The notes under the pieces are model-generated. The model was given only the letters and a program-made list of their open reading frames with translations, did no database searches and had not been told where the DNA came from. From an uncultured Gammaproteobacteria bacterium (GTDB taxonomy: Bacteria; Patescibacteriota; Microgenomatia; Daviesbacterales; UBA10151), in contig CAYMUB010000058.1 in NCBI GenBank assembly GCA_964393545.1, forward strand, positions 12,297-76,296: a stretch of DNA of 64,000 nucleotides, read 5' to 3'. The translations under genes were made by a program, and so were the position numbers. This document shows, in pieces, positions 9,778 to 17,618 of this stretch (positions are counted from its first letter, which is position 1; every line of letters begins with the position of its first letter).

Positions 9778-10969
9778 TCAAGGCCCTTTCAACTGCTTTA
9801 AAGTCTGACCAGGGAATTTCGCGGCCATGATAGTTCATAGATTCCTCATGTCCTTTGCCGAATATCCCCACAATGTCTCCCTTTTTTGCCAAAGATATGG
9901 CAAACTCAATGGCTCTTTGTCTGTTAGACTGTTTAAATAAACTTTGATTATCTTTTGCGCCAGCTTCATAAGCTCCTTTGGCAATTTCTGCCATTATCTT
10001 GTGGCTATCTTCAAATCTGGGGTCTTCATCTGTTAACACCGTGATGTCAGCAAGTTTGGCAGAAATTCCTCCCATAATTGGTCTTTTTCCTAAATCTCTT
10101 TGGGAAGCTGCACCAAAAACAGAAATTAATTTTCCAGATCTATTTTGGGAACGAAGAGTAGTTAGAACCTTTTCTAAAGCATTAGGAGTATGGGCAAAAT
10201 CCACAAATACTCTTATCCCTTTTTTATTTTTTACTTCCTGCATTCTACCGGTTAAACTCTCAAAGTTTTCCAAAGAAACTTGGGCAATTTTCCTGTTTAC
10301 ATTCAAAACAAAAGCTGTAGCCAGAGCAACCAAAGCATTTTCAATATTAAAGTCTCCTGGAATTTTTAAGTTTAGTTTAAGATCTTTTTGGTTAAAATTG
10401 CCTTTATTCAGTCCAAAAGTTATCACCTTACCTAAAGTTTCCCCAACCAGTTTAATATTTTGATTAACTATGGCGGATTTGGCGTTTTTAATAAACTTAA
10501 GTTTGGTATTTTTATAGCTATCAAAAGTTTTATGATAATCTAAATGTTCGCGGGTAATATTGGTTATTACCCCCACATCAAATTTTATTCCCCAAAATCT
10601 AAATTGATCTATGGCATGTGATGTAACTTCCAAAACTAAATACTCATCTCCATTCTGCTTTGCAGAATTTGCTAATTTTTGTATCATAAAGGGATCAGGA
10701 CTGGTTACATGAAATCCCGTTTGATAAGTTTTTCCTGCAATAATAGCATTAATTGTTGATACCATAGAAACTTTTTTTCCTGCTGCTTTTAAAATCTGGT
10801 AAATCATATTTGTGGTCGTTGTTTTCCCATCTGTTCCAGTAACACCTATAACAGTCATTCCCTTTGTGGGAAAATCATAAGCGGTACTAGCCAAAAATGC
10901 CTTTGGCCTGTGATAAAAATTATTTACTACTCTCTGAGATAATATTGATTTTAAAACCTTTTTAAGCAT
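9770..10969 (-). CDS. murE: UDP-MurNAc-L-Ala-D-Glu--diamino acid ligase MurE (N-terminally compact)
   Basis: It has the P-loop GVTGTDGKTTTT, the MurE motif VDFAHTPNALEKVL, and a C-terminal GKGHE. Confidence 0.75.
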   Translation of the reverse strand: MLKKVLKSILSQRVVNNFYHRPKAFLASTAYDFPTKGMTVIGVTGTDGKTTTTNMIYQILKAAGKKVSMVSTINAIIAGKTYQTGFHVTSPDPFMIQKLANSAKQNGDEYLVLEVTSHAIDQFRFWGIKFDVGVITNITREHLDYHKTFDSYKNTKLKFIKNAKSAIVNQNIKLVGETLGKVITFGLNKGNFNQKDLKLNLKIPGDFNIENALVALATAFVLNVNRKIAQVSLENFESLTGRMQEVKNKKGIRVFVDFAHTPNALEKVLTTLRSQNRSGKLISVFGAASQRDLGKRPIMGGISAKLADITVLTDEDPRFEDSHKIMAEIAKGAYEAGAKDNQSLFKQSNRQRAIEFAISLAKKGDIVGIFGKGHEESMNYHGREIPWSDFKAVERALNG

Positions 10970-11017
10970 TGGGGATATTATATCAAGTTACTCCCCCTAT
11001 TGGGAACGATCCTCGGA

Positions 11018-11046
11018 TTGACAAACAATATAGTATGTAATACGAT
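11018..11046 (+). promoter_or_regulatory. Sigma70-like promoter for brnT (TTGACA-17-TACGAT)
   Basis: TTGACA lies at 11018-11023, followed by a 17-nt spacer and TACGAT at 11041-11046. This sits about 15 nt upstream of the GTG start of brnT. Confidence 0.4.
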
Positions 11047-11060
11047 ACTTATTATCTACG

Positions 11061-11384
11061 GTGAATATAGTGATTAAGAAATTAGTTTGGGATGAATGGA
11101 ATGTAGCACATATCGCACACCATGAGGTTTTACCGGAGGAAGTGGAAGAGGTATGTCGGGCAACATTTGTTGCCTATGAAAGCTACGATGAGAGATTTGA
11201 GATTATTGGATCAACCAAACAGGGAAAAATTCTATTGATTGTCCTCGATCCTGAGAGAGCCGAAGGAGAGTACTACGTAGTAACCGCTCATACGGCAAAT
11301 AAAAAAGATCGGGCGCTATATAAATTGAGAATAATAAATAAGAAAGAAAAAGGAGGTGGACAAAATGACGAAGCAGAAAAGTAA
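11061..11384 (+). CDS. brnT: BrnT-family type II toxin (DUF497 ribonuclease toxin)
   Basis: WDEWNVAHIAHHEV...VTAHTANKKDR matches the BrnT/DUF497 signature. It uses a GTG start and overlaps the next gene by 29 nt, as TA operons often do. Confidence 0.7.
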   Translation: MNIVIKKLVWDEWNVAHIAHHEVLPEEVEEVCRATFVAYESYDERFEIIGSTKQGKILLIVLDPERAEGEYYVVTAHTANKKDRALYKLRIINKKEKGGGQNDEAEK

Positions 11385-11643
11385 AATACCGATATTTAAA
11401 AATCGTCAGGAATTGGCAGCGTTTTGGGATACACACGATGTTGCAGATTTTAAAGATGAGCTAAAACCAGTTGATATCCACTTTGATCTGGGAAAACCCA
11501 AGGAAGAAACGGTGATGTTCCGATTAGACAGAGGAGTGAAGCAGTACCTTGCTCAGCTTGCAAGAAAGAAAGGGTTAAGTACGTCAAGTTTGCTTAGGAT
11601 GTGGATTATGGAAAAATTTCATCAACTGCAGCAAGCGCACTAA
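11356..11643 (+). CDS. brnA: BrnA-family antitoxin (RHH-like C-terminus)
   Basis: This small protein follows brnT. Its C-terminus GLSTSSLLRMWIMEKF resembles the BrnA/CopG-like DNA-binding tail. The toxin-first order is characteristic of brnTA. Confidence 0.6.
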   Translation: MDKMTKQKSKIPIFKNRQELAAFWDTHDVADFKDELKPVDIHFDLGKPKEETVMFRLDRGVKQYLAQLARKKGLSTSSLLRMWIMEKFHQLQQAH

Positions 11644-11802
11644 ATCAGTTTCAAAAAGGAAGGTTTTAATAAAAGGTAAGAAGCAGCTTTTGGATCAAAT
11701 AAATTCAATACTTTAACTAAAAAGAAATACTTAAGGAGAAAGATAAAACTATGATTAATCTAGGCTGTTGTAACAATAAAATCCAGAACCGTCCCCATTT
11801 TA

Positions 11803-13500
11803 TTACTCACTGGGAGCTATTTTGTAATAGGTAAATAGTTGTTTGGCAATCTCAAAAAAAGTTGGTGCTGCTGTCTCTGCTCCATAAATTGAAGAAGAGG
11901 GTTGATCGTATCTAACCAGCATGACAAATTTTGGATTATCTGCCGGGGCAAATCCGACAAAAGAAGCAATAGTTTTATTTGGATCATAATGACCGGCGAC
12001 TGGAATTTGAGCTGTTCCTGTTTTACCTGCTATTTTAAATCCTTTTGGTTTAAAAAACTTAGCTTCCCCCTCATCAATTGCTGCCACCATCATCTCTTTG
12101 ATCATTTCAGCTGTAGACTCTTTAATAACTTGTTTTACTATTTTAGGTTTTATTTCAAAAGTATTTTTATTATCTTTAATCAATCTGACAATATGCGGCT
12201 CCATTAAACTACCATTATTGGCAATAGCTGATACAGCAGTTATCATTTGAATCGGGGTAACAGCAATTCCCTGCCCAAATGAAGCTGTTGCCAAATCAAT
12301 TTCTCTCCATTCATTTTTGGGCCTAATGTCTGGAACAGATTCATCTTGTAAATCTATATTGGTTGGTTTGTTAAAACCAAAGTTTTCCAGGTATGAATAA
12401 AACTTATCCAAACCTAATTTTTTCCCAACAAATACCATCCCGGTATTATCTGAATGAATTATGACATCCTTTAGAGTTGTGTTTTCATAAAATTTATCAT
12501 TCCAGGTTCTAATTAAAAATCCCCCCAAAGAAATAGGTCCTGAGCAAATATCGCATTTTGTATCTGGCTTAACTAAATCTTCATTTAATGCAGCTGCCAT
12601 CACTAAAACCTTAAAGGTTGATCCTGGTTCATATTGGTCTGCCACTATGGGATTTTTGTAATATTCCTTGGGGAAATTAGAATAATTCTTAGGATCATAG
12701 TTAGGAAACACAGCTAATCCCAGGATTGCCCCTGTTTTAGGATCCATGACAATTACTGATGCTGCTTTGGCTCCATATTTTTCTATTCCTTTCTTTAAAC
12801 TTTGTTCAACAATAAACTGAACTGACCTATCAATGTTTAAACTCAAATCCTTACCATTTTTAGCGTTAGATGATAAAAAATTCCCAATCATGATAGGTAA
12901 ACCAGTTGCATCCTGTTCATGCCTTAAAGAACCAGATATACCTCTTAACTCTCCGTCATAAAACCCTTCTACTCCAAAATATCCTTTACTTTCTCCTTTA
13001 GAATCAAAGCCCACAAATCCTAATAAATTAGCAGAAGATGATCCTTCCGGATAAAACCTGCTGTTGGTTTGGTCAAATCCAATTCCAGATAAATTTAAAT
13101 TTTCAATTTCTTTCTTCTTATCAAGAGTAATTTCTTTTTTTATAGACACCCAAAATAAATCCGAAGAGATTCTATTTATTATTTCTTTGGCTAGATCATC
13201 AACATCTCCACCTTCTTCTACTAGTGCTTTAGCAAGTAAATATCCTGTAGTTACTCTTTGTTCTTTAGTAATTAATTTAGGTTGGACAAAAAGAGTGAAC
13301 GAAGGGTTATTTGATGCTAAAATTGATCCATCAGTGAAAAAAATATTTCCTCTTAAAGCCCCCACTTTTACATTTGTAAAATGCTGTCCTTCTGCTTGTG
13401 CTGTCAAATACTCAGCCTTTACTGCTTGCCAGTAAAATAGCCTTATTATAATGATCAGGAAAAATATCAGAAAAAAAGATTTTATACAAAATATCCGCAT
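11803..13500 (-). CDS. ftsI: Class B penicillin-binding protein / septal transpeptidase FtsI
   Basis: It has an N-terminal TM anchor, the PBP dimerisation domain, and the transpeptidase motifs STFK, SDN and KTGT. Confidence 0.9.
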   Translation of the reverse strand: MRIFCIKSFFLIFFLIIIIRLFYWQAVKAEYLTAQAEGQHFTNVKVGALRGNIFFTDGSILASNNPSFTLFVQPKLITKEQRVTTGYLLAKALVEEGGDVDDLAKEIINRISSDLFWVSIKKEITLDKKKEIENLNLSGIGFDQTNSRFYPEGSSSANLLGFVGFDSKGESKGYFGVEGFYDGELRGISGSLRHEQDATGLPIMIGNFLSSNAKNGKDLSLNIDRSVQFIVEQSLKKGIEKYGAKAASVIVMDPKTGAILGLAVFPNYDPKNYSNFPKEYYKNPIVADQYEPGSTFKVLVMAAALNEDLVKPDTKCDICSGPISLGGFLIRTWNDKFYENTTLKDVIIHSDNTGMVFVGKKLGLDKFYSYLENFGFNKPTNIDLQDESVPDIRPKNEWREIDLATASFGQGIAVTPIQMITAVSAIANNGSLMEPHIVRLIKDNKNTFEIKPKIVKQVIKESTAEMIKEMMVAAIDEGEAKFFKPKGFKIAGKTGTAQIPVAGHYDPNKTIASFVGFAPADNPKFVMLVRYDQPSSSIYGAETAAPTFFEIAKQLFTYYKIAPSE

Positions 13501-13502
13501 CT

Positions 13503-13796
13503 TTAGCGGATATATTGTATACCCAAAGATGGAGTAAATCCAAGCTCTGCGCTTTTTGAGGCAATGGTTTTTAAAGAAGAATTCAAGGCTACTTCATTTT
13601 CTAAAATCTGATTTTCCATCTTTAGATTTTTTTCCAAAACTGACAATTTTTCATATTTTTCTCCATAAGCAATCACTGTATTACTAACCCAAATTTCAAT
13701 TAATGTTAGGGTAAACAAACTAATAATAGTCAGGATAATAAACTTTTTAGGAAATTTTCTTTTTTGTTTCTCTGATTCAAATTTTTTAATAATCAT
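13503..13796 (-). CDS. ftsL: FtsL/DivIC-like septum formation protein
   Basis: This 97-aa bitopic protein has a TM helix followed by a coiled-coil (LEKNLKMENQILENEV). It sits between rsmH and ftsI. Confidence 0.5.
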   Translation of the reverse strand: MIIKKFESEKQKRKFPKKFIILTIISLFTLTLIEIWVSNTVIAYGEKYEKLSVLEKNLKMENQILENEVALNSSLKTIASKSAELGFTPSLGIQYIR

Positions 13797-14668
13797 GTTT
13801 TTCTAAATATTCTTAATTTTGCTGACCTGGACCTGATGTTTTTTTCAACTTCTTCGTCTTTGGGTGTAATTGGTTTTTCAGTTAAAACTTTACCCCAACT
13901 TTTCTCTTCCCACTCTCTAAAAGATAATTTAACGATCCTATCTTCAAGTGAGTGAAAACTAATGACACTAATACAACCATTTTTTGCTGTTAAATCTATT
14001 ACTTGCTTTAATCCTTCCCTTAAAGCATCCAATTCATCATTCACTGCTATTCTCAGTGCCTGAAATACCCGGGTAGCCGGATGTATCCCTTCCTTATTAC
14101 CTCCCACCACTCTCTCTACAACCTTGGCCAGTTGTGTTGTAGTTGAAAAGGTTTCTACTTCACGGGCGCGCACCAAAGCGCCAGCCAAATCCCAAGAATA
14201 TTTTTCTTCACCAAAGTTGTTAAATAATTCATATAACTCCTTTCTTGATAAGATCTTTATTAAATCCAAAGCCCTGACATTTAAGCTTGGATCCATTCTC
14301 ATATCCAAAGGCCCATTCTTTGAAAAAGAAAAACCTCTTTCCCCAGTCTCAAGTTGCAGACTGGAAACCCCCAGATCAAATACCACACCTTTAAACTCCT
14401 GATCCAAAAGTAAATTTTTAAGATCTCTAAAATTACCTTTAATTAATCTAAACCTATTCTTATCTATCTCCGCTTTTTCAAATCTTTTTTCCACTCTCTC
14501 TAAAGCCTGGGGATCAACATCTATTCCAACAACATTTCCTCCTAATCTTAAAATTTCTAAACTATGTCCCCCATCACCCAAAGTACAATCCAAATACCAT
14601 TTCTCTTTTTCAACCTTTAAACTATCTATTACTTCTTTGAGAAGAACGGACCTATGATATCCTTCCAT
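13793..14668 (-). CDS. rsmH: 16S rRNA (cytosine1402-N4)-methyltransferase RsmH/MraW
   Basis: MEGYHRSVLLKEV...DCTLGDGGHS is the canonical RsmH N-terminus. It is the second gene of the dcw cluster. Confidence 0.9.
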   Translation of the reverse strand: MEGYHRSVLLKEVIDSLKVEKEKWYLDCTLGDGGHSLEILRLGGNVVGIDVDPQALERVEKRFEKAEIDKNRFRLIKGNFRDLKNLLLDQEFKGVVFDLGVSSLQLETGERGFSFSKNGPLDMRMDPSLNVRALDLIKILSRKELYELFNNFGEEKYSWDLAGALVRAREVETFSTTTQLAKVVERVVGGNKEGIHPATRVFQALRIAVNDELDALREGLKQVIDLTAKNGCISVISFHSLEDRIVKLSFREWEEKSWGKVLTEKPITPKDEEVEKNIRSRSAKLRIFRKT

Positions 14669-15068
14669 TGCGGTACTCTCCTTCTATTATTTTGATATGT
14701 TTTTCCCAAAGTTTTAATTCCCAGATTTCAAAATGATCTCCTGCGCCAATAATTACTACTTCCTTTTTAACTTGAGCAAAATCCAACAGGTTAGATGGTA
14801 TGATAATCCTACCTTGACCATCCAACTCCACAGATTCACTTCCCGAAAATAAATACCTTCTCAAAAATCTGGCCCGTTCTTCTGTTGCAGAAATCTCCAG
14901 TTGCTTTTGTGCCTCTTTTTCAAATTCTTTTACATCAAATCCCCAAATGCAACTTTCAAATCCCCTGCTTAAAATAATTTCTAAACTTGTCAGTTCTTGC
15001 CTAAATTTACGCGGCAAGACAATTCTTCCCTTTCCCGAGAATTTTGTCTGATATTTACCCAAAAACAT
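14652..15068 (-). CDS. mraZ: Transcriptional regulator MraZ
   Basis: MFLGKYQTKFSGKGRIVLPRKFR is the MraZ/SpoVT-AbrB-type N-terminus. The tandem DUF199 organisation is present. It is the first gene of the cluster. Confidence 0.85.
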   Translation of the reverse strand: MFLGKYQTKFSGKGRIVLPRKFRQELTSLEIILSRGFESCIWGFDVKEFEKEAQKQLEISATEERARFLRRYLFSGSESVELDGQGRIIIPSNLLDFAQVKKEVVIIGAGDHFEIWELKLWEKHIKIIEGEYRNGRIS

Positions 15069-15102
15069 GAGGTCATCCTCTTTTCTGGGCAGATATCATG
15101 AG

Positions 15103-15133
15103 GCTTTCACCTCTTTTCACCATCTGTAACCAT
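15103..15133 (-). promoter_or_regulatory. Candidate MraZ operator: three direct repeats at 10-bp phasing upstream of mraZ
   Basis: The minus strand reads TGGTtacagaTGGTgaaaagaGGTGaaag. These are three (T/A)GGTG-like repeats spaced by 10 bp, 35-65 nt upstream of the mraZ ATG. A TTGACA on the minus strand lies at 15157-15162. Confidence 0.35.
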
Positions 15134-15154
15134 TCTCCGCCATTTTAATATTAT

Positions 15155-16714
15155 TTGTCAATAGGTAAGATGAATCTGATCTCAAGAAATGTTATTATTC
15201 ACCCTGTGAGCAAGATAAATAATATTGAACGTTTTGGTTACCACCAGGATGGATCATTTGAATCACTTGGGACAGCAGCACTTAAACTTCGTTTATCTGC
15301 TGATAAACCTATAACAAAAGCAGTTCCTCCTGAAATTGAACTTCAAATCTCCAGAGGTATACTCACACCTACTGATACTGAATATATAAGAGCCATTTTG
15401 CAAAGGACTCCTGAAGTTGCCAGCAGTGCAGGCTATCTTTTGCAGGGAATTGAGACCCCAGCAGCTAGAAGAAAAATTGCAGAACGTAATTCTCAAGCTC
15501 ATATTGACCTGGGTCAGCTACTAAGTCCCTTTTCTGAAAAAGAGAAGGCAATTCTTACTCAAAATTTAGGTGAGTTTCAGCTTACTGACGGCTGTACTGT
15601 GGGCTGTGCCTGGTGTGGTGTAAATGCTTTGAGGAGAACAACAACCGCCTTTAGTTTACAGTCAGTTGTCAAATTTGCCCATGAGTATGGAAACTTATCA
15701 AAAAATGCTGGTCTATATTCAGCTTCTGACCCTTTTGATTGGGTTGAAGGAGATTATACTTATTTAGATATTCATGCAGTTTGGGGAATCTATAGCAAGT
15801 CAGAACCATTTGTTAGCACCGCTGTCCCATTGGGAACAGAATTTTCAATATTAAGATTTGTAGAAGCACAGTATGAAGCGTTAAGAAAATCTTCCATTTT
15901 AGATGGAAGCAATTTCAGATTTTCCCGGACTGATAGAAATGCAGAAAGAGTTGATCAGATGCTTAATATACTTCGGTTAAGAGGACTTAATGAAGATTTT
16001 CTCAATACGATTAGGATCAGCGACGTAAGTGATAAGAAAGTTGCTCATATAGGCTATTTTATTAATCATCGAGATAGAGATGATATTTACGATAATCCCG
16101 GAATTACATGTAAAGACTGCATTGTCATTACCCCATCAGCAATTCGAGGAAAGACAATGGAAGCATACACAAAAACAAGCCCAAAAGGTATGCGGGAATG
16201 GACAATAGCTCCTGGAGAAATGCAGGTTCCAGTCTATAGAATAAGACAAGACTATTATGGTTCTGACTTTGCAGAAAATCAGGATGTAGGAACAGTACCT
16301 TTTTCCATTTTGCCCGATGTTAAAATTCTTCATGTAAAAGATGGTGAGGTTGTAGATGAAGAAGTAGTACGATCAATAGGTAGGACTGCTTTAGCTTTTT
16401 GTTTCACTGCTTGGAATATGCATGATCTTGGTGCAAAGCTTACTTCAGATCAGGTAGATTATTTCCTAAATAATTTCCCCGGAGGATTAAGATCTATTGA
16501 GAAACATCTTATTGATTTTGAAAGAAGATATCTTACGATGAAAGATGAATCAACTCCTCTACTTGATGATCCAAATCAAATAGCTATAAAAATTGCAAGG
16601 GAATATGAAAGCATGACTCGTGGAGAACTAAGAAACGCAAAAAAAGCAGTAGAAACACTTAAAAAAAGAAGAAGAACTTTCTTAGGTTTACAAACCCCTA
16701 TTCCTTATTATTGA
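15155..16714 (+). CDS. Hypothetical protein with a CxxxCxxC motif and a downstream GGE-like motif. It is a candidate divergent radical-SAM-type enzyme with an N-terminal extension of about 140 aa.
   Basis: DGCTVGCAWCG lies at residues 145-155 (nt 15593-15616). SASDPF follows about 40 residues later, a GGEP-like position. The ORF opens with TTG at 15155, and the more likely start is the ATG at 15170 (MNLISRN...). Its GC content is higher than that of neighbouring genes. Confidence 0.5.
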   Translation: MSIGKMNLISRNVIIHPVSKINNIERFGYHQDGSFESLGTAALKLRLSADKPITKAVPPEIELQISRGILTPTDTEYIRAILQRTPEVASSAGYLLQGIETPAARRKIAERNSQAHIDLGQLLSPFSEKEKAILTQNLGEFQLTDGCTVGCAWCGVNALRRTTTAFSLQSVVKFAHEYGNLSKNAGLYSASDPFDWVEGDYTYLDIHAVWGIYSKSEPFVSTAVPLGTEFSILRFVEAQYEALRKSSILDGSNFRFSRTDRNAERVDQMLNILRLRGLNEDFLNTIRISDVSDKKVAHIGYFINHRDRDDIYDNPGITCKDCIVITPSAIRGKTMEAYTKTSPKGMREWTIAPGEMQVPVYRIRQDYYGSDFAENQDVGTVPFSILPDVKILHVKDGEVVDEEVVRSIGRTALAFCFTAWNMHDLGAKLTSDQVDYFLNNFPGGLRSIEKHLIDFERRYLTMKDESTPLLDDPNQIAIKIAREYESMTRGELRNAKKAVETLKKRRRTFLGLQTPIPYY

Positions 16715-16718
16715 TAAA

Positions 16719-17618
16719 CTACTTCCTAGGGATTAAGACTGTAAATATGCCTGCTCCATCTGATTTGGCAGATAATTTACTTCCATCTATTTTTGTATCT
16801 AATTCCTTCCATTCACTTTTGTTGGGATTGTATCTATATATTTTGGCATCTGAAGTGGGATTTTCTGCTAACTCTATTGTAATTGCTCCTCCAGGTAAAT
16901 CCTTAGCCAAAGGAATATTCAATGAATAAACCTTACCCAATATAGATTTACCTGAAGGAAGTTTTGGTAAACCTGTTAAATCATTAATTATGGAAAAACC
17001 AACATTTGATAAAGCTGCTCTGTCAGCATCTACTTTATAAATTAAATGTCCGTCTCCTGAGGAAAGTAAGCCCAATGCCACATCTGGTTGTTGTAAATGC
17101 CATTGAGTATTCATTTTGTAAACATTATTCCCTTTTTTGATGTGTAAAGTTAAAGTACCGTTTTCTACGCCTTTATCATATTTACAAACATTTTTAGAAC
17201 AGGTCCCAAACAGGATTTCCTGCTCATATTCACCTTTTTTTTCTTTTGCATCAATTGTACCCACTACCCCTCTATCTATAGTGCCTGCCTTTGACTGTCC
17301 CTCTCCATCCTCTGAGATCTTGTTACCCTTAACTATAATTTCATCAACTTTGCTGGTATAGGCCAGCTCATATGAAATAGCATCATAGCTGGAAGTTCTT
17401 TTTAAATTTAAAATAACTGCATTACCATCACGCCTGGGAGATAAAATTGCATACGGCCCTTCACTGTCAAAGGTTAAACCAACCTCCTCAACAGGGACTG
17501 TAGGTTTGCCAGTAAGTTGCACAGCAGCGAACCAACCCAAAATCCCTAAAATCAAAAAACCTGCAGCCAGCATCACAGTTATTTTATGGGATTTAATCCA
17601 GGCAGTTATATTTTCCAC
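16719..17618 (-). CDS. Hypothetical membrane-anchored or secreted protein
   Basis: It has an N-terminal signal-anchor helix (ITVMLAAGFLILGILGWFAAV) and a Gly/Lys/Asp-rich soluble domain. No recognisable catalytic motif was found. Confidence 0.55.
   Translation of the reverse strand: MENITAWIKSHKITVMLAAGFLILGILGWFAAVQLTGKPTVPVEEVGLTFDSEGPYAILSPRRDGNAVILNLKRTSSYDAISYELAYTSKVDEIIVKGNKISEDGEGQSKAGTIDRGVVGTIDAKEKKGEYEQEILFGTCSKNVCKYDKGVENGTLTLHIKKGNNVYKMNTQWHLQQPDVALGLLSSGDGHLIYKVDADRAALSNVGFSIINDLTGLPKLPSGKSILGKVYSLNIPLAKDLPGGAITIELAENPTSDAKIYRYNPNKSEWKELDTKIDGSKLSAKSDGAGIFTVLIPRK

Noticed and set aside
11644-11750. Possible terminator or RNA element downstream of brnA
   Set aside because: Only very short stems (AAGC/GCTT) are present, with no convincing hairpin plus U-tract.
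15066-15103. Two copies of CATGAGG spaced 31 bp apart around the mraZ start
   Set aside because: It is a short 7-mer, one copy contains the start codon, and no second-order structure is evident. The phased GGTG repeats are the better operator candidate.
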